Shown here one piece after another: positions 62,874 to 64,000 of a DNA stretch of 64,000 nt. Source of the stretch: Ramazzottius varieornatus (Eukaryota > Animalia > Tardigrada); contig BDGG01000002.1 in the NCBI GenBank assembly GCA_001949185.1, forward strand, positions 3,035,826 through 3,099,825. The letters run 5' to 3'. Position 1 is the stretch's first letter, and each line of letters begins with the position of its first letter. The translations under genes and the position numbers were made by a program. A model generated the notes under the pieces. That model saw only the letters and a program-made list of their open reading frames with translations, was not told where the DNA came from and did not search any database.

Positions 62874-63938
62874 ATGCCGAATTTGACTGTATCACAGCTG
62901 TCCGTGGACACCGTAACAAATTCGACAGTTTTCGGGTCGGTAACATCGGCGCTCTCAAGTTGGATCCTTGCAGTTTTGATTGCTCTCATGTTTGTCACGA
63001 TATCGGCAAATTTTCTCATCCTTCTCGTCTTCGTGAAGAACAGTCGTCTACGCAATCCCTTCAATACTTACCTGTTCAGTCTCGCTTTCAGCGACCTTCT
63101 GGTTGGGATATTCGCCATGCCGTTCTACACAGCTTACTTGCACGCAGGAGGAACCTTGAATACACTTCACTGTTCGATATGGATGTTCTTCGATTACTTC
63201 GCGACGGAAATTAGCTTATGGACCTTGGCTGTGATTTCTCTCGATCGTGTCTGGGCGGTTACTTGGCCTGTCTCCTACAGAAAGCACAACACCACAGTCA
63301 AGAGCCTGAGTCTCCTTGGGACTGCGTGGGTCCTCGCATTCTGTGTCGTACTTCCGGGTTTCCTCACAACCCGCAATCTGAATATGGATAAGTTAACAAC
63401 GAATGTCACAGGATATAGTGACCAGTGTAGTTGGGATATCGAAGGTATGCCATTGTGGGCTGCCTCTATCAATGTGATTGCCCTCAATGACTTCACTCCG
63501 TGTTTGCTCACCGTCCTATGTTACATCATTACTGTGGCGAAGATTTTTCAAATGAGCCGGATGCGAACAAGAGTTGTGGTAGGACCAAGTGATAACGCTC
63601 AGCAGGCCGGGCCGAAGAGATCTTCGAGGAGCGAAAAGAAAGAAAAGCAGGCATTCTTTCTGCTGACATTGCTCATCTGTTCCATCATCGTTATGTGGAC
63701 ACCGTGGTTCTTCTACTTTCTTTGGACCCTGGCTACCGGAAAATGGAACGACACAGGAGCAACAGTAACGTACTGGTTGGCGTACTCCATGTCAACAGTT
63801 AACCCTTTGCTGTTCAATGTGGCAAACGATGATGTCCATTCGGCAATCAGAGAGCTGTTTGGGTTGGGGTCAAAACGACGACCGGTGGGACCACCCAATA
63901 TTAATGACATCGAGATCGAAACAGTCCACGCCAGCTAG
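62874..63938 (+). CDS. Intronless class A GPCR, amine-receptor-like, 354 aa
   Basis: Seven hydrophobic helices; N in TM1, SLAFSDLLVGIFAMP, CSIWMFFDY (Asp3.32), ISLDRVWAV, MWTPWF, WLAYSMSTVNPLLF. Confidence 0.95.
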   Translation: MPNLTVSQLSVDTVTNSTVFGSVTSALSSWILAVLIALMFVTISANFLILLVFVKNSRLRNPFNTYLFSLAFSDLLVGIFAMPFYTAYLHAGGTLNTLHCSIWMFFDYFATEISLWTLAVISLDRVWAVTWPVSYRKHNTTVKSLSLLGTAWVLAFCVVLPGFLTTRNLNMDKLTTNVTGYSDQCSWDIEGMPLWAASINVIALNDFTPCLLTVLCYIITVAKIFQMSRMRTRVVVGPSDNAQQAGPKRSSRSEKKEKQAFFLLTLLICSIIVMWTPWFFYFLWTLATGKWNDTGATVTYWLAYSMSTVNPLLFNVANDDVHSAIRELFGLGSKRRPVGPPNINDIEIETVHAS

Positions 63939-64000
63939 TTCCTGACCTTTATTGGGGCAACAGATGGGAACCGAATCTTCAGGTTGAGCACATCAATGTG

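Overview
Eukaryotic, gene-dense animal DNA with short GT-AG introns; a compact invertebrate such as a tardigrade is plausible but is inference only. There are two 50-N assembly gaps. Apparently intact host genes: cytidine deaminase, NTE/PNPLA6-7 (swiss cheese), two ApoD-like lipocalins, a cathepsin B-like protease fused to a mucin linker and two chitin-binding-like modules, a TMEM121/CECR6-family protein, a low-complexity secreted CBM14 protein and an intronless class A GPCR. Decayed copies include alkaline phosphatase, a third lipocalin, a DHRS11-like SDR, UCP4 and eIF6 fragments and a Ly6-like gene. The window is crowded with transposons: four hAT-type elements with intact 8-bp TSDs, Tc1 and a cognate MITE, Tc4/Tc5-like, Merlin, a pogo fragment, a LINE and several MITEs. 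The best candidate for an undescribed system is the ~11.3 kb unit at 41.85-53.15 kb. Long CCGCG-rich inverted repeats bracket a HECT-E3-like gene and a convergent IS3-like DDE integrase gene, and the interior holds nested transposons and a UCP4-eIF6 gene-fragment chimera. All calls come from reading motifs by eye; no searches were run.
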